Source: Candidatus Poribacteria bacterium (GTDB lineage Bacteria; Poribacteria; WGA-4E; JAJDTR01). Taken from it: a stretch of 64,000 nt of DNA. The notes beneath the pieces are model-generated. The model did no database searches, was not told where the DNA came from, and saw only the letters and a program-made list of their open reading frames with translations. Where the stretch lies: contig CBDCTK010000002.1 in assembly GCA_965222225.1 (NCBI GenBank), forward strand, positions 3,936,001 to 4,000,000. The letters run 5' to 3'. Shown in pieces: positions 1 through 10,707 of this stretch (position 1 is the first letter of the stretch; the number at the start of each line of letters is the position of its first letter). The position numbers and the translations under genes are program-made.

Positions 1-378
1 TGCCTGTTTCACGAGAAACTGCTTTGTGAATCCATCTTTTGTTTTTTTTGACCCGATAAAATGCCACATCTCATCAAATTCCAATTCACGGGTGTTGATT
101 GGAATCTCAGGCTCCGACAACAGGGCTGCTTCCTTTGCAAGCCATTTTTGAACAGTACTTGGCGATACATTAAACAAGTTGGCAATAGTGCCATAAGATG
201 CTTTTGCAAGGGAGTAAAGAATTACTGCAAAAGCACGCTTGATGGTGGTTTGAGGGTTGGTTCTCTCGTCTCCCTCAACGAAATTATAACCGCACGTTTT
301 ACAACGGTATCGCTGTTTGGAACGAACGAATCCGTTTTTCGTGACTTCCGAACTATGACAGTTCTTACAGTTTGACAT
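1..378 (-). CDS. IS1-family transposase (InsA/InsB, programmed -1 frameshift), runs off the window start
   Basis: Manual translation MSNCKNCHSSEVTKNGFVRSKQRYRCKTCG (Zn ribbon)...ELEFDEMWHFIGSKK. A8C slippery site at 41-49; the -1 frame continues KNKRWIHKAVSRETG. Confidence 0.85.
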   Translation of the reverse strand, partial: MSNCKNCHSSEVTKNGFVRSKQRYRCKTCGYNFVEGDERTNPQTTIKRAFAVILYSLAKASYGTIANLFNVSPSTVQKWLAKEAALLSEPEIPINTRELEFDEMWHFIGSKKTKDGFTKQFLVKQA

Positions 379-448
379 AATGTCTCCTTCCTGACCTTTC
401 TGGTTAGTTAGAAGAATTATATCATAAATCTATCTATATGGCAATACT
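1..448 (-). mobile_element. IS1-family insertion sequence (partial)
   Basis: Transposase above plus AT-rich upstream DNA; likely end GAGTATTGCCATATAG near 448 (approximate). Confidence 0.65.
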
Positions 449-572
449 CTCAGATGTCTTATAGCGACTCCAATAGAGAACCCTTCATTGTGAGTCTTCT
501 GTAGGAGCGAGTTTTACTCGCGACTGGGAGATTAATTCTACAGGATTCCAATCCGTTTCATCTGCGTAATCC

Positions 573-750
573 GATCAACTGAGCGATCAAGCGACTGGAT
601 AAGGATCAAACGAGTGGATAGCGAGTGATCAACTGACTGGATAAGGAAGGCGATAGTGAATCCTGATAGCTAATCCCGCGCGATAGAGTTCCTATAGCGA
701 TGCGATAGCTAATCCCATAGTGAGTGCGATAGAAATCCCATAGAGATCTC
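573..750 (+). repeat. Nested cluster of GATCAA...GCGATAG...TCC hairpin mini-elements
   Basis: Openers GATCAA at 573, 585, 604 and 627, followed by six closers. Confidence 0.9.
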
Positions 751-812
751 TCATCAAATCGCCGATTCACTCCTTCTAGCCACTCTTCACTAGCCACTGG
801 CCACTGCTTTTA

Positions 813-3452
813 TCAGAATTGATTCGCCACAAACACCAAATCAAACACATTAATGACCCCATCCCCATTCACGTCCCCCTTCAAACTATCCGTCCCGAAC
901 CTCTGTGCCACCAGCGTCAAATCCAAAATATTCACCACCCCATCCCCGTACACATCCGCTGGGTTCTTCGGCTTCACCCGCAAATACATCTCCCCGTCAA
1001 GATTTGGTAACGCGTGCTGCGTGTTCACCCATCCGCTGGCGACACCCTGCACCTCCTCCGGCAACGTGTGACCTGTGGCGCCCCGCTGTGATTGTACACC
1101 GCCCAACCATTCGTGAATTCGCGAATGTAAAGCCCTTCTGTCTCTTGGTACAACTGACGTTTCGGACCGACGGGACGCCCAAGATCCGCGCCCCAGAAAT
1201 CGTACCAGTAATGGTGATGACCTCCGCCAGTTTGGAATAATACGTAACCGTCGGAGTGTGTGAGACTCAGCGTGGTAAACGTTCGCATCCAGCGGAGGTT
1301 CGTTGGACTATCAGGTGGTTCTGTAGGGACGCTCCAGCCCTCAAGACTGTTAATGTGCGGTTCTCTCAAGTTAGTTTCTAACCAGAACAGAGAACTTTCT
1401 ATTTCAGCGAGCAGCGCATCCAAATGATTTGCAGGCGCCTCACTCGGCACTAATGTTTCCATAAAGCTGCCGTTGAGATACTTACCGGTCTTGGGGATTT
1501 TGCGACGATTGGTGTTTCCAATGATGAGGAAGTTAGGCCTCGTTTCAGCGCGGATGCGTTCCAGTATGTTTATTTTCGCTTCGATTTCAGTTTCGTATCC
1601 AACATATTCGGTGCGCGGATTGCGGGTAACTAAAAGAGGTGAATTGTCGTTCCACCAGTCAATCATGATGCCATCGAACAAACCACATTTGGAGACGGCT
1701 ACGGCTTGGGCGACCATTCGATCCTGAAAGCCGGGGAGTGTAAAATTAATAAATGCGTCGCCTTCCCCAGCGCCAACCAGGTTGCCGGAGGCGTCGCGCA
1801 GCCAATACGGCCAGTCGGGGGGAAATTCATGAGGCGGTTCGGCGCGAAATGCAAGCTGTACAAGAAAGACCATATTGGGGTTGTGGGCGAGAAATGCGTC
1901 GCGATTTTCTATAGCCTAGCTAGGACCGTAGGGGGTAACCATTTGGATAGTGTCCGACGTTTCGCGGAAGTATGTCTCAAACCGCGGAACGCTAAACCAC
2001 AAATCGTGAGTTGCGAGGTTTTCAATATCTGATAATTCAGGTCGGTTCAAGGTGCGAATCCAACCTGGGCCGCCCCATGCAGCGAACAGTGATGGGAACG
2101 TTCTATTCTCCAATCGAGGTTGCAGTGGCACGGGCGGCAGGTCACAGGTCTGGTCGTAAAAGTAATGGGTAAGCGGGAGGTCGTCCAGCGGGCTGTGGTC
2201 TACAATTTGGTTCTGGTGGATTGCCAAGTGTTCGAGTCTTGTTAGTCCGGCGAGAGGTCGGACGTCGGAAATACGATTGCCGTGCACTTCCAGGTATTCT
2301 AACTGAGTCAACGCGGCGAGAGCGTTGATATCATGAATGTCATTGTATTCGAGATTGAGCCTTTGAAGTTTCGATAGGCGTGCTAGGGGGCGATGTTGAT
2401 AATCTCGCAGTCGGCTGCTTTAAGTGTGCTTAAATTTGTTAGATGCCCTATCGGTGTGATGTCGGAAAATGAATTGATGGATATGTTGAGCCATGTGAGA
2501 TTGATGGCGAATTCTAAACCGGTGAGATCTGTTATCTGACTATTTGCTGCAGCCAACCGTGTTAATTGCCGCATAAATGCGCGATTGACAAGGACGCCAT
2601 GGGGAGCTTGAGAGTTTCTCGGATAGCGGCTCTCAGGTTGGGGTCGGGGATATCGACGACCGGACTGTTCGCGTCGAATATGAGGTTGTTTTGAGTGTCA
2701 AGATATTCTAAATTTGTGAGATTTTCAAGTGGAGTAACATCCGTAATATCGTTATTGCCCAGCAGTAGTTTCGTTAACGCCGTAAGGTTGACGAGCGGGC
2801 TAACATCAACAATGCGGTTGTCCTTAACTTCTAACCATTCCAATTCAGTCAAATTCGCCAGTGGACTGACATCGGTAATCTGGTTTGAGTGCAATCGCAA
2901 CTTCTTTAGTTGACTAAAATTCGCCAGTGGTTTGATGTCTGTAATTGCGTTTCGTTGGAGATAAAGCCCGGTCAGTGCTGTTAGGTTTGCCAATGGACTG
3001 ATGTCGGAAATACGGCAATCCTGCGCAGCCAAGCCTCTCAATTTTGTAAGATTCGCCAGCGGACTAATGTCGGAGATTGGAGTCACTTGGATAAATAGTT
3101 CCTCCAGTGTCGTGAGTCCTGCTATCGGCGTAAGTTCAGTTATCGGGTTGCTCGGTATGTGAAGCCAAGTAAGGCTTACGGCGAATTCCAAACCGGTGAG
3201 GTCTGTTATCCCTCGGTTGGCGGCGTCTAAGCGTTGCAATCGCCTCATAAATGCAGTCGTAACGGGTGCGTCAGGACGGAGATTCAGCGCTTCTCGCACC
3301 GCGGCGCGCAGATTCGGGTCGGGCATGTGGACCGGATCTTCTATCGCATTCGCTATCTGCTCGCTTGATGGCTGGGCGTAAGTATCGGCGCAGAGTGCCG
3401 TCAATGCCAGTGCGATTATCGCGAATATAGTATAGGTCTTTCGTTTCTGCAT
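813..3452 (-). pseudogene. Secreted internalin-like LRR + putative glycoside-hydrolase-like domain + C-terminal dockerin protein, disrupted
   Basis: Signal peptide MQKRKTY..., PDPNLRAAV caps, LRRs, CGLFDGIMIDWW domain, DVNGDGVxNxxDL dockerin pair. Frameshifts near 2603, 2388 and 1070; in-frame TAG at 1916-1918. Confidence 0.8.
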
Positions 3453-3618
3453 AGGATAAGTCTCCTTATTCGGATGTTCCGACCACAGCAGCCACAAACA
3501 TCTCTGTTTCAAATAACGTCCACAATTCTGCCGCGGTAGATATCTTGAGATGAACGAAGGCGTCTTCGTCCGCTTTGCACCGCCTCAAATCCGTGAAATC
3601 CTTTAATCCGTTTAATCC

Positions 3619-3655
3619 GATCAACTGAGCGATTAGCGAAGGCGATAGAAATCCT
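3619..3655 (+). repeat. Single hairpin mini-element
   Basis: GATCAA CT GA GC GATTA GC GA AG GCGATAG AAATCCT. Confidence 0.9.
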
Positions 3656-3670
3656 ATCACGCATCACGCA

Positions 3671-5575
3671 TTAAAACGCATTCGCCACAAACACCAAATC
3701 AAACACATTGACAACCCCATCCCCATTCACGTCTCCCTTCAAACTATCCGTTCCAAACCCCTGAGCCACCAGCGTCAAGTCCAAGATATTCACCACCCCG
3801 CCCCCGTTCACATCCGCCGGATTCTTCGGCTTTACCCGCAAATACATCTCCCCGTCAAGGTTCGGTAGTGCGTGCTCCGTGTTTACCAAACCGCTGGCGA
3901 CGCCCTGTACCTCCTCCGACAACGTGATGACCTGCGCCTACCCACTGTGATTGTAGACTGCCCAACCGTTGGTAAATTCGCGGATGTAAAGTCCTGGGAT
4001 CTCTATCGCACTCGCTATTCGCTCCCTAGATCGGTTCTCGTAGAGTTGACCTTTTTCTTCGCTGACCGGACGACCGAGGTCGGCATCCCAGAAATCGTAC
4101 CAGTAATGCTCGTGCTGAATGCCGTCGTTAAACAAGACGTAACCGTCGGAATGCGTGAGGCCGAATGCAGTGAAAGCGCGCATCCAGCGTAAATTCGCCG
4201 GGCTATCCGGCGGTCCCGTGGGAATACCCCATCCTTCCAAGCCGTTAATCTGCGGTTCTCTGAGGTTGGCTTCCAACCAGAGCAAAGCGCTCTCTATCTG
4301 GGCTAACCCCGCTTCTAGACGCTCTCCGGTTTTATCGTGCGGCACCCCCGTTTCCATAAACCCGCCGTTGATATGCTCGCCTGTCCTCGGTATTTTGCGG
4401 TCGTTGGTGTTGCCCATTATCAATGGGCCCGGACGAGCCTCGGCGCGGATGCGCTCAAGAATGTTGCTCCGAGCGCGTTGCTCGACAATCGTGGCGTCCT
4501 CATCTTCCGCCCAATGGTCAAAAAGAACGCCGTCGTACAAACCGCACCTTGACACGGCGAGCGCTCGGTTAATGATTATCTCCTAGGCGACGGGGTGTGT
4601 AAAATCGACTTTGTAAGCACCAGGCAGGGAAGATTGCGATCAGGCTTGCCGTCAGCGCCTTTTACCCAATAAGGCGAGTCCTCCGGCACGTTTTCGAGAT
4701 AATCTCTTTTCATTGGAATACTTACAATGAAAACCATATCCGGATTAATCGCTGTATACTCAGCACGCAGTTGCTCACCCCGTCCGGGAACGCCCCGTAC
4801 TTCCCACGTTTCGCCCGTGCAAAAAAAAACGCTGGTCAAATATTAGTGCCGATATATACAAATCGTGTTGAGCGTATTTCTCCACATTACTAAGATGCGG
4901 TTGATTGAGAGTCCCGGCCCATGCGGCAAACACTGAGGGATAATTTCTGCTTTTCAACCTGGATTCGAGTTCAAATGGAGGCGTATCACAGACCTGATCG
5001 TAGGTAAAACGGGTAAGCGACAGACCGTCAAGCGGAGAGCGATCCATAATAAAATTTCCCTCAATGGCGAGTTTCCGTAATCCGGTCAAACCGCGTAACG
5101 CTTCTACATCGGCTATTTGGTTGTCGCGAAGCAATAACAAGCGCAGAGAAGTTAATCCGACAAGCGGAGAAACATCTTTGATTGCGTTTCTGTCCAACCC
5201 CAACTCTTCCAAACTGTGAAGGTTGGCGAGCGGGGATATATCGGAAATGCTGTTTCTTGCCAAATCCAAGAGCCGTATATTGGGAGCATATTGCAACCCT
5301 TCAAGATTCTCAATCTCTCTACCGGGAGCGTCCAACCGCTCAAGTCGCCGCAAGGCAACGACCGTGATACGGTCGGGATTCGCTCCGCTCGCCTCGACGA
5401 CGACAGCCTTTAGATTTGGATCGGGAAAATGAACGACTTGGGCATGAACCCAAGAGGCAACCAGTAGAAAGGCAGTGACCAGTAGCCAGCGGCTAGTGGT
5501 CAGTAAAGACAAAGACGAGTTTCTGTTTTTCACTGACCACTGCTTTTTGGTGGTGGCTAAAACGCGATGTAACAT
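3671..5575 (-). pseudogene. Second LRR + GH-like + dockerin paralog, disrupted
   Basis: Same architecture as 813-3452. Frameshifts at the A9 run 4821-4829 and near 4628; in-frame TAG at 4583-4585 and 3938-3940. Confidence 0.8.
3996..4032 (-). repeat. Hairpin mini-element inserted in frame in a CDS
   Basis: GATCTA GG GA GC GAATA GC GA GT GCGATAG AGATCCC; encodes RSRERIASAIEIP, absent from the paralog. Confidence 0.9.
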
Positions 5576-5813
5576 CGTAAATCTTCTTTCAGGAAAGGGT
5601 CATAATTGGCTTGGTGCGGCGATAACCGTACCGCACTCCGGGGCAGGTCTGGCCGAAAATCTTCGGAAGATGTTGACAAACCGTGATTCTGTAGGCGTAG
5701 ACAGAAAAGTCTAGCATGACGCGACGGGAAGTCAAGGTATTTTGTGTGCCGGATAGGAAAACCTTTACCCGACAACCCAAAACAATGCCCTTAAAACGCA
5801 AATTCGTGGGTTT

Positions 5814-6011
5814 TCAGAACTGATTCGCCACAAACACCAAATCAAACACATTCACCACCCCGTCCCCGTTGACATCCGCCGGATTCTTCGGTTTCACCCT
5901 CAGATACATCTCCCCGTCCAGATTCGGCAGCGCATGCTCCGTGTTCACCAAACCGCTGGCGACGCCTTGCTCCTCCTCCGGCAACGTTATTACCTGCGCC
6001 TCACCGCTGTA
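5814..6011 (-). pseudogene. 3' remnant of a third LRR-dockerin paralog
   Basis: SGEAQVITLPEEEQGVASGLVNTEHALPNLDGEMYLRVKPKNPADVNGDGVVNVFDLVFVANQF; the two dockerin repeats are collapsed into one. Confidence 0.8.
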
Positions 6012-6024
6012 GCCATTCGCTCGG

Positions 6025-7140
6025 CTAACATTCCTGCAAGTACCGAGTCAACAAACACTCTCCAGCGGTGATTGACAATTCAATCGCGAGAACCAGAATG
6101 GGCAGGTAGTCACGAGTGGCGGCGTTGTCGCCTTCCTCCGTGCAAAAAGCTGCTAATTTGAGTTCATCCTTGCGGGTCGTTATGATAAAGTCAGCCCCTG
6201 CCTGTTGTGCCTCAGTCTGAATTCTGACGACATCCGCACGAGAATACTGATGGTGATCGGGAAACGGCAGCAAGTCGATGTACTGTGGCTCATACCGGCG
6301 CAGCGTTTCCGCAAGCGTGTCCGGATTGCCAATCCCGCACACGGCAAATAGATTCTTCCCCTTCAAAATACTGAAATCAACGTCCTCGTCTTTACCTAGC
6401 CGGTAGAGTCGCGTCGGATTGTGGCGGCTCTCTACAATCGGCGTATCCCCCGCCAACGAGGCGATATCCTCGCGTATCTCATCCGCGGATTCCGCCATGT
6501 CAACCCGCGTAAGCATAATCAAATCTGCCCGTCGCAACGCCGATATCGGTTCGCGTAACGTCCCCGCGGGGAGCAACCTTTTCGTTCCAAACGGCTGCGT
6601 CGCATCCACGGCAACGATATCCAGATCTCGCGGCAATTTTCGGTGTTGAAAACCGTCATCCAAAATGAGTACGTCACACTTCAAGCGCTGCAAGGCGTGG
6701 CAGCCGGTCTCATAGCGATCTTTCCCGATAAGCACCGGAACGCTTGGCAGTTCCCGCGCGATCATCACGGCTTCATCGCCGCTCGTCTCAACGGACGCCA
6801 TAATCTCGCGGCCATCGGACACGACATGTGTTGCCGGTGTTTTTTCCTCACGATGATAGCCGCGCAGCAGGATGGCTGGACGGTAGCCCGCCTCTTGCAA
6901 CGCCTTGGCAATCCAAATGACTACCGGCGTTTTGCCCGTTCCGCCGGATACAATGTTGCCGACGCCAATCACGGTGCGAGGCAACCGCCTCGATTTGAGG
7001 AGGCGGCAATCGTAGAGCCAATTGCGGAAGTTGACAATCGCCGCGTAGACATAACTCAACGGTGTTAGCAAGGTTAGCAGTAGAGTGGGAACAAAACCCG
7101 TTGCTTTCCGCGTGATAACGAAGTAAAGGTAGTTTTTCAT
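6025..7140 (-). CDS. lpxK: Tetraacyldisaccharide 4'-kinase
   Basis: VGNIVSGGTGKTP, LRGY, LDDGFQH, LPAGTLRE and FPDHH motifs. Confidence 0.95.
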   Translation of the reverse strand: MKNYLYFVITRKATGFVPTLLLTLLTPLSYVYAAIVNFRNWLYDCRLLKSRRLPRTVIGVGNIVSGGTGKTPVVIWIAKALQEAGYRPAILLRGYHREEKTPATHVVSDGREIMASVETSGDEAVMIARELPSVPVLIGKDRYETGCHALQRLKCDVLILDDGFQHRKLPRDLDIVAVDATQPFGTKRLLPAGTLREPISALRRADLIMLTRVDMAESADEIREDIASLAGDTPIVESRHNPTRLYRLGKDEDVDFSILKGKNLFAVCGIGNPDTLAETLRRYEPQYIDLLPFPDHHQYSRADVVRIQTEAQQAGADFIITTRKDELKLAAFCTEEGDNAATRDYLPILVLAIELSITAGECLLTRYLQEC

Positions 7141-8255
7141 GATTCGACGTAGCCCAATACCAACTGAGCCGTTCGTTCCGCCGCCCCGGAATCTCCAAGC
7201 TGCTCACGTACCCTGCAAAGAGCTTTGCGTTGTTCCTCTCGTTTTTCCGAATCTTGTAGTAGATCGAGTGCGATTGAGGTTATCCGCTCAACCTCTACAT
7301 CATCTTGCAAAAGTTCGGGAACGATTTGGCGCCCGGCGACAATATTCGGCAACGCGCTCGAATCGAGTTTAACGAATCGCTTTGCCGTCCACCAACTGAG
7401 CCGGGACAATTTGTAGAGAACGACCATCGGCGTCAGGAGGCATGCGGCTTCAAGCGTGGCTGTGCCCGACGCTACCAGTATTAGGTCGGACGCGCGCATG
7501 GCTTCGTACGTTGCATCTTTGACAATTTTGACCGTTGGCGCTTCGGGCAAGGTTTCTGGGGGGATGCTTGGTGCCAGTGGTAAAATCAACTGGCAATCGG
7601 GTAGGATTCGACGAATCTGTTCGGCGGCTTCCAACATCACGGGGTACAAGGCTTCCACCTCTCGCCGCCGACTGCCCGGCATCAAACCGAGAACAGGCGC
7701 ATTTGGTGCCAAGCCAAGTTTCTCACGGGCTTCGGCTATAGCGAGGTCCGAATTGGCGTAGTCCAATAATGGATGACCGACGAATTGTGCGTGCGCACCC
7801 GCACGCTGGTAGAAGTCCGTCTCAAAAGGAAAGATTGAGGCAACCGCGCTAGTTCTTTTCGCGATTTTCTTCGCGCGATACCCACGCCACGCCCACGCTT
7901 TCGGCGGGATGTAGTAGACGACCGGTATTTGCAGTCGATGCGCGCACGCAGCAAGCCCCATGTTAAATTCTGCGAAATCGACGAGCACGACCACGTCGGG
8001 GCGTTTCTTGCGAATGAGCCGTTTTAAGTGCCGCTGTTTTTTTAGGAACGCCGGAATCGCCGAAAGCACCTCTCCGATGCCCATCACCGCCGAATCGCGA
8101 ATGTGATAAACGAGTGAAACCCCTGCGGCTTCCATATGGTCGCCGCCCATTCCGAAGAGCTCGATCTCGGGACGGAGGGTTTTGAGTTGAGCTGCAACCT
8201 GAGATGCCTGCAAGTCGCCGGACGGCTCGCCGGCAACGATCAGAATCGCTGGCAT
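7137..8255 (-). CDS. lpxB: Lipid-A-disaccharide synthase
   Basis: IVAGEPSGD, WAWR, FVGHPL, LMPGSRRRE and ASGTATLE motifs. Confidence 0.95.
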   Translation of the reverse strand: MPAILIVAGEPSGDLQASQVAAQLKTLRPEIELFGMGGDHMEAAGVSLVYHIRDSAVMGIGEVLSAIPAFLKKQRHLKRLIRKKRPDVVVLVDFAEFNMGLAACAHRLQIPVVYYIPPKAWAWRGYRAKKIAKRTSAVASIFPFETDFYQRAGAHAQFVGHPLLDYANSDLAIAEAREKLGLAPNAPVLGLMPGSRRREVEALYPVMLEAAEQIRRILPDCQLILPLAPSIPPETLPEAPTVKIVKDATYEAMRASDLILVASGTATLEAACLLTPMVVLYKLSRLSWWTAKRFVKLDSSALPNIVAGRQIVPELLQDDVEVERITSIALDLLQDSEKREEQRKALCRVREQLGDSGAAERTAQLVLGYVES

Positions 8256-8280
8256 TGTTTCACACTCACATTTCGTTAGG

Positions 8281-8440
8281 GATCAACCGAGCGGATAGCG
8301 AGGGCGATAGAGATCCCTCAAGCGACTGGATAACGATCAACTGAGTGGTTAACGAAGGATCAAAGGAGCGGATAGCGACTGCGATAGCCAATCCCATAGA
8401 AGATCCCGTGCGATACAGTTCCCTTCAACCGAGTGAATAA
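8281..8440 (+). repeat. Nested hairpin mini-element cluster
   Basis: Complete copies at 8281-8317 and 8358-8395; interrupted copies at 8318 and 8335. Confidence 0.9.
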
Positions 8441-8470
8441 ATCAAGGGAATTCTTCAATGTGTATATCCG

Positions 8471-9514
8471 CTACGGCATCATACCCGGAATGCGTAACCC
8501 TGCGGTTTCGTCTAAGTCAAACATCACATTCAGGTTCTGCACAACCGCACTTGACGCGCCCTTGCCGAGGTTGTCAATCGCAGACAACACGACGACTCGA
8601 TTTGTGCGCACGTCGACTTCAAGTCCGATGTCACAGTAGTTGGTTCCGGCAACCGCTTTTGTCTGCGGGTACTCGTCCTGATCGAGAACACGCACAAATG
8701 GCTCTTTTTCATAGTATTTCGAATAAATCGCCAATAACGACTCAGTTGAAATATCGGCTTTGAGTTGGAAGTAGAGTGTGCTCAGAATTCCCCGCGTCAT
8801 CGGAACGATGTGGGGCGTAAAGATCACGCGGATAGTCTCGCCAGCGATCTTGCTCAACTCCTGCTCAATCTCCGGGGTGTGGCGATGCGTGCCGATGTTG
8901 TATGCGATAAAATTTGATTCTCGATTGGGAAAATGTGTTGTTGCGCTAGGGGTGCGTCCCGCGCCGGAGATTCCGGACTTCGAGTCGATTATGATGGAAC
9001 TCGGTTCAACCAAATCTCTGGCAAGCAGCGGCAGCGTGGGGAGAATGGCGCTTGTCGGATAGCACCCGGGATTTGCCACTAGCTCTGCCGTGCGAATCTC
9101 GCTTCGATAAAGTTCCGGCAAACCGTAAACTGCGCGCTCCATCCACTCGGGGTCCGAGTGCTCGACATGATACCATCCCTGATACGTTTCAGGATCGTCC
9201 AAACGGTAATCTGCACTGAAATCAACAACGCGAAGACCCTGTTTCAAAATCTCCGGTACGTACGACATGGCAACTTTGTGGGGGACGGCAAGAACAACCA
9301 CGTCCACCCGATCTCTGAGCGTCTCAATCTCCAACGGCTCGAAATCAAGGTCGATCAAACCGCGAAGGTTCGGCATTACCCGGTCTACCCGCTGGCCAGG
9401 ATACGTTTCCGACGTCACCATCTCGATTTTCAATTCGCCCGGGTGACTGATCAGGAAACGCAACAATTCGCTGCTCGTATAACCTGACGCCCCCACAATG
9501 CCAACCTTTACCAT
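8471..9514 (-). CDS. argC: N-acetyl-gamma-glutamyl-phosphate reductase
   Basis: GIVGASGY, VANPGCYPT, DSKSGISGAG and DNLGKGA motifs. Confidence 0.96.
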   Translation of the reverse strand: MVKVGIVGASGYTSSELLRFLISHPGELKIEMVTSETYPGQRVDRVMPNLRGLIDLDFEPLEIETLRDRVDVVVLAVPHKVAMSYVPEILKQGLRVVDFSADYRLDDPETYQGWYHVEHSDPEWMERAVYGLPELYRSEIRTAELVANPGCYPTSAILPTLPLLARDLVEPSSIIIDSKSGISGAGRTPSATTHFPNRESNFIAYNIGTHRHTPEIEQELSKIAGETIRVIFTPHIVPMTRGILSTLYFQLKADISTESLLAIYSKYYEKEPFVRVLDQDEYPQTKAVAGTNYCDIGLEVDVRTNRVVVLSAIDNLGKGASSAVVQNLNVMFDLDETAGLRIPGMMP

Positions 9515-9677
9515 TGAGATTCGCGCTCCTCGTCATGCTGCGCCTAATTTTAGAATATCAGTGAGACTAAACCCTCCGTGACCGATGAAAAATTGTAGCA
9601 TTCAGAACGACGGATGTCAAGAACCAACGTCAAGCGCCAACGATTCGATTCCGCTTCAAATCCCCTGATTGTGCTCA

Positions 9678-9845
9678 ATAGAGATCCCATAGAACTCCCT
9701 TCAACCAAGACGTAGGAGGGATCAAGCGAATGGATAATGAGTGCGATAGTAAATCCCACACGACAGAGATCCCCTCAAGCGGGTGAATAACGAGTAGGAT
9801 GAACTATCGCCTTCACTATTCGTTCAGTTGATCGATAGAAATCTT
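9678..9845. repeat. Hairpin mini-element cluster, both orientations
   Basis: Forward copy 9720-9757; reverse copy 9796-9833 inside a forward copy. Confidence 0.85.
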
Positions 9846-9914
9846 CTTGCCCCGACTCCGTTGCACCTCTTGGCGCCAGGGCTTTACCAACCGCTAACTT
9901 CTACCACCAAACAC

Positions 9915-10256
9915 TTACGCAAAATGTATCCAATGCCCATCAGGATCTTGAAAACTCAGACTCGGACCGCGCCGCGTGAGGGGAATATTCCTTTGGCGAA
10001 GCGTTTCAAGCGCCTCTTCTTCCGCTCCATCAGGCAGATTGAGCGCAAGATGATGCACACCCGCGCCAATTTGCGCCGGATCGGATGCTTGGAACAATGC
10101 CAACACTTCTCCGTTTGCCAAACGCAAGAAGATGCGATTCTCTGAAGCACTTCCCTCTTCCAGTCCCAAATGAGCGATATACCAATCGGCAGACTTTCGT
10201 ACATCGCTCACCCAGACAGCGACGTGATTGAACCCTTGCACCTTTATACTTGCCAT
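9915..10256 (-). CDS. VOC/glyoxalase family protein
   Basis: GFNHVAVWVSD...HHLAL...FQDPDGHWI. Confidence 0.9.
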   Translation of the reverse strand: MASIKVQGFNHVAVWVSDVRKSADWYIAHLGLEEGSASENRIFLRLANGEVLALFQASDPAQIGAGVHHLALNLPDGAEEEALETLRQRNIPLTRRGPSLSFQDPDGHWIHFA

Positions 10257-10440
10257 TGTCTATTGCCTCCTTTCTTCCAGACAAATCGGATTTTATCATA
10301 TTTTGAGCCACGCCGCTAGATGTACTTGGGATACAGACAGGGGAAATGCATCTAAAATCTATCGAATCGTCCTCACGCTGTAAATAACCACGATGGTTGT
10401 TTTTAACTTCCTATGTTTTCCGCCCTACAGCCCCAGAGGG

Positions 10441-10477
10441 GATCGAGCGAGCGAATAGCAAGTGCGATAGAGATCCC
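10441..10477 (+). repeat. Hairpin mini-element inside a GCCCCAGAGGGGCGACAGG REP-like palindrome
   Basis: Uninterrupted site seen at about 29237-29255. Confidence 0.9.
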
Positions 10478-10681
10478 GACAGGGCTGGTTGTGTCTCGGA
10501 TGTATCGTCCGAATTAAAGACGAATTTTCGATTATAGGCGGATTTGGGCGAATCGAAATTTAACCGAGAATGCTACAACCGCCACCGAGCTAGCCACTTT
10601 CCGATTTTTTCTAGTTGCTACCTAAGTGTCGCCCCTCTGGGGCTTTAGCGTGCTTACGATTGGCGTTGCTATACACCTTCC

Positions 10682-10707
10682 GGGATTTCTATCGCACTCG
10701 TTTGATC
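10682..10707 (-). repeat. Internally deleted mini-element inside a REP-like palindrome
   Basis: Reverse complement is GATCAAACGAGTGCGATAGAAATCCC. Confidence 0.75.

Noticed and set aside
573-750. CRISPR array interpretation of the GATCAA clusters
   Set aside because: No constant repeat-spacer period and no cas genes; units are nested and dispersed.
606-797. Short ORFs over repeat clusters (also 9550-9759, 18868-19131, 30516-30779, 39127-39414, 49155-49463, 50379-50777)
   Set aside because: Translations of mini-element or REP DNA with no coding signature.
3619-3655. SECIS or kink-turn because of the tandem GA pairs
   Set aside because: No link to in-frame UGA, no 3-nt bulge next to the GA pairs, and orientation is independent of neighbouring genes.
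813-6011. Diversity-generating retroelement TR/VR pair among the dockerin tails
   Set aside because: Differences are not adenine-specific and no reverse transcriptase is present.
8281-8440. Sequencing adapter or Sau3AI ligation artefact (units start with GATC)
   Set aside because: Copies differ with compensatory changes and are shared between paralogous loci (29626 and 49188). Confirming in raw reads is still advisable.
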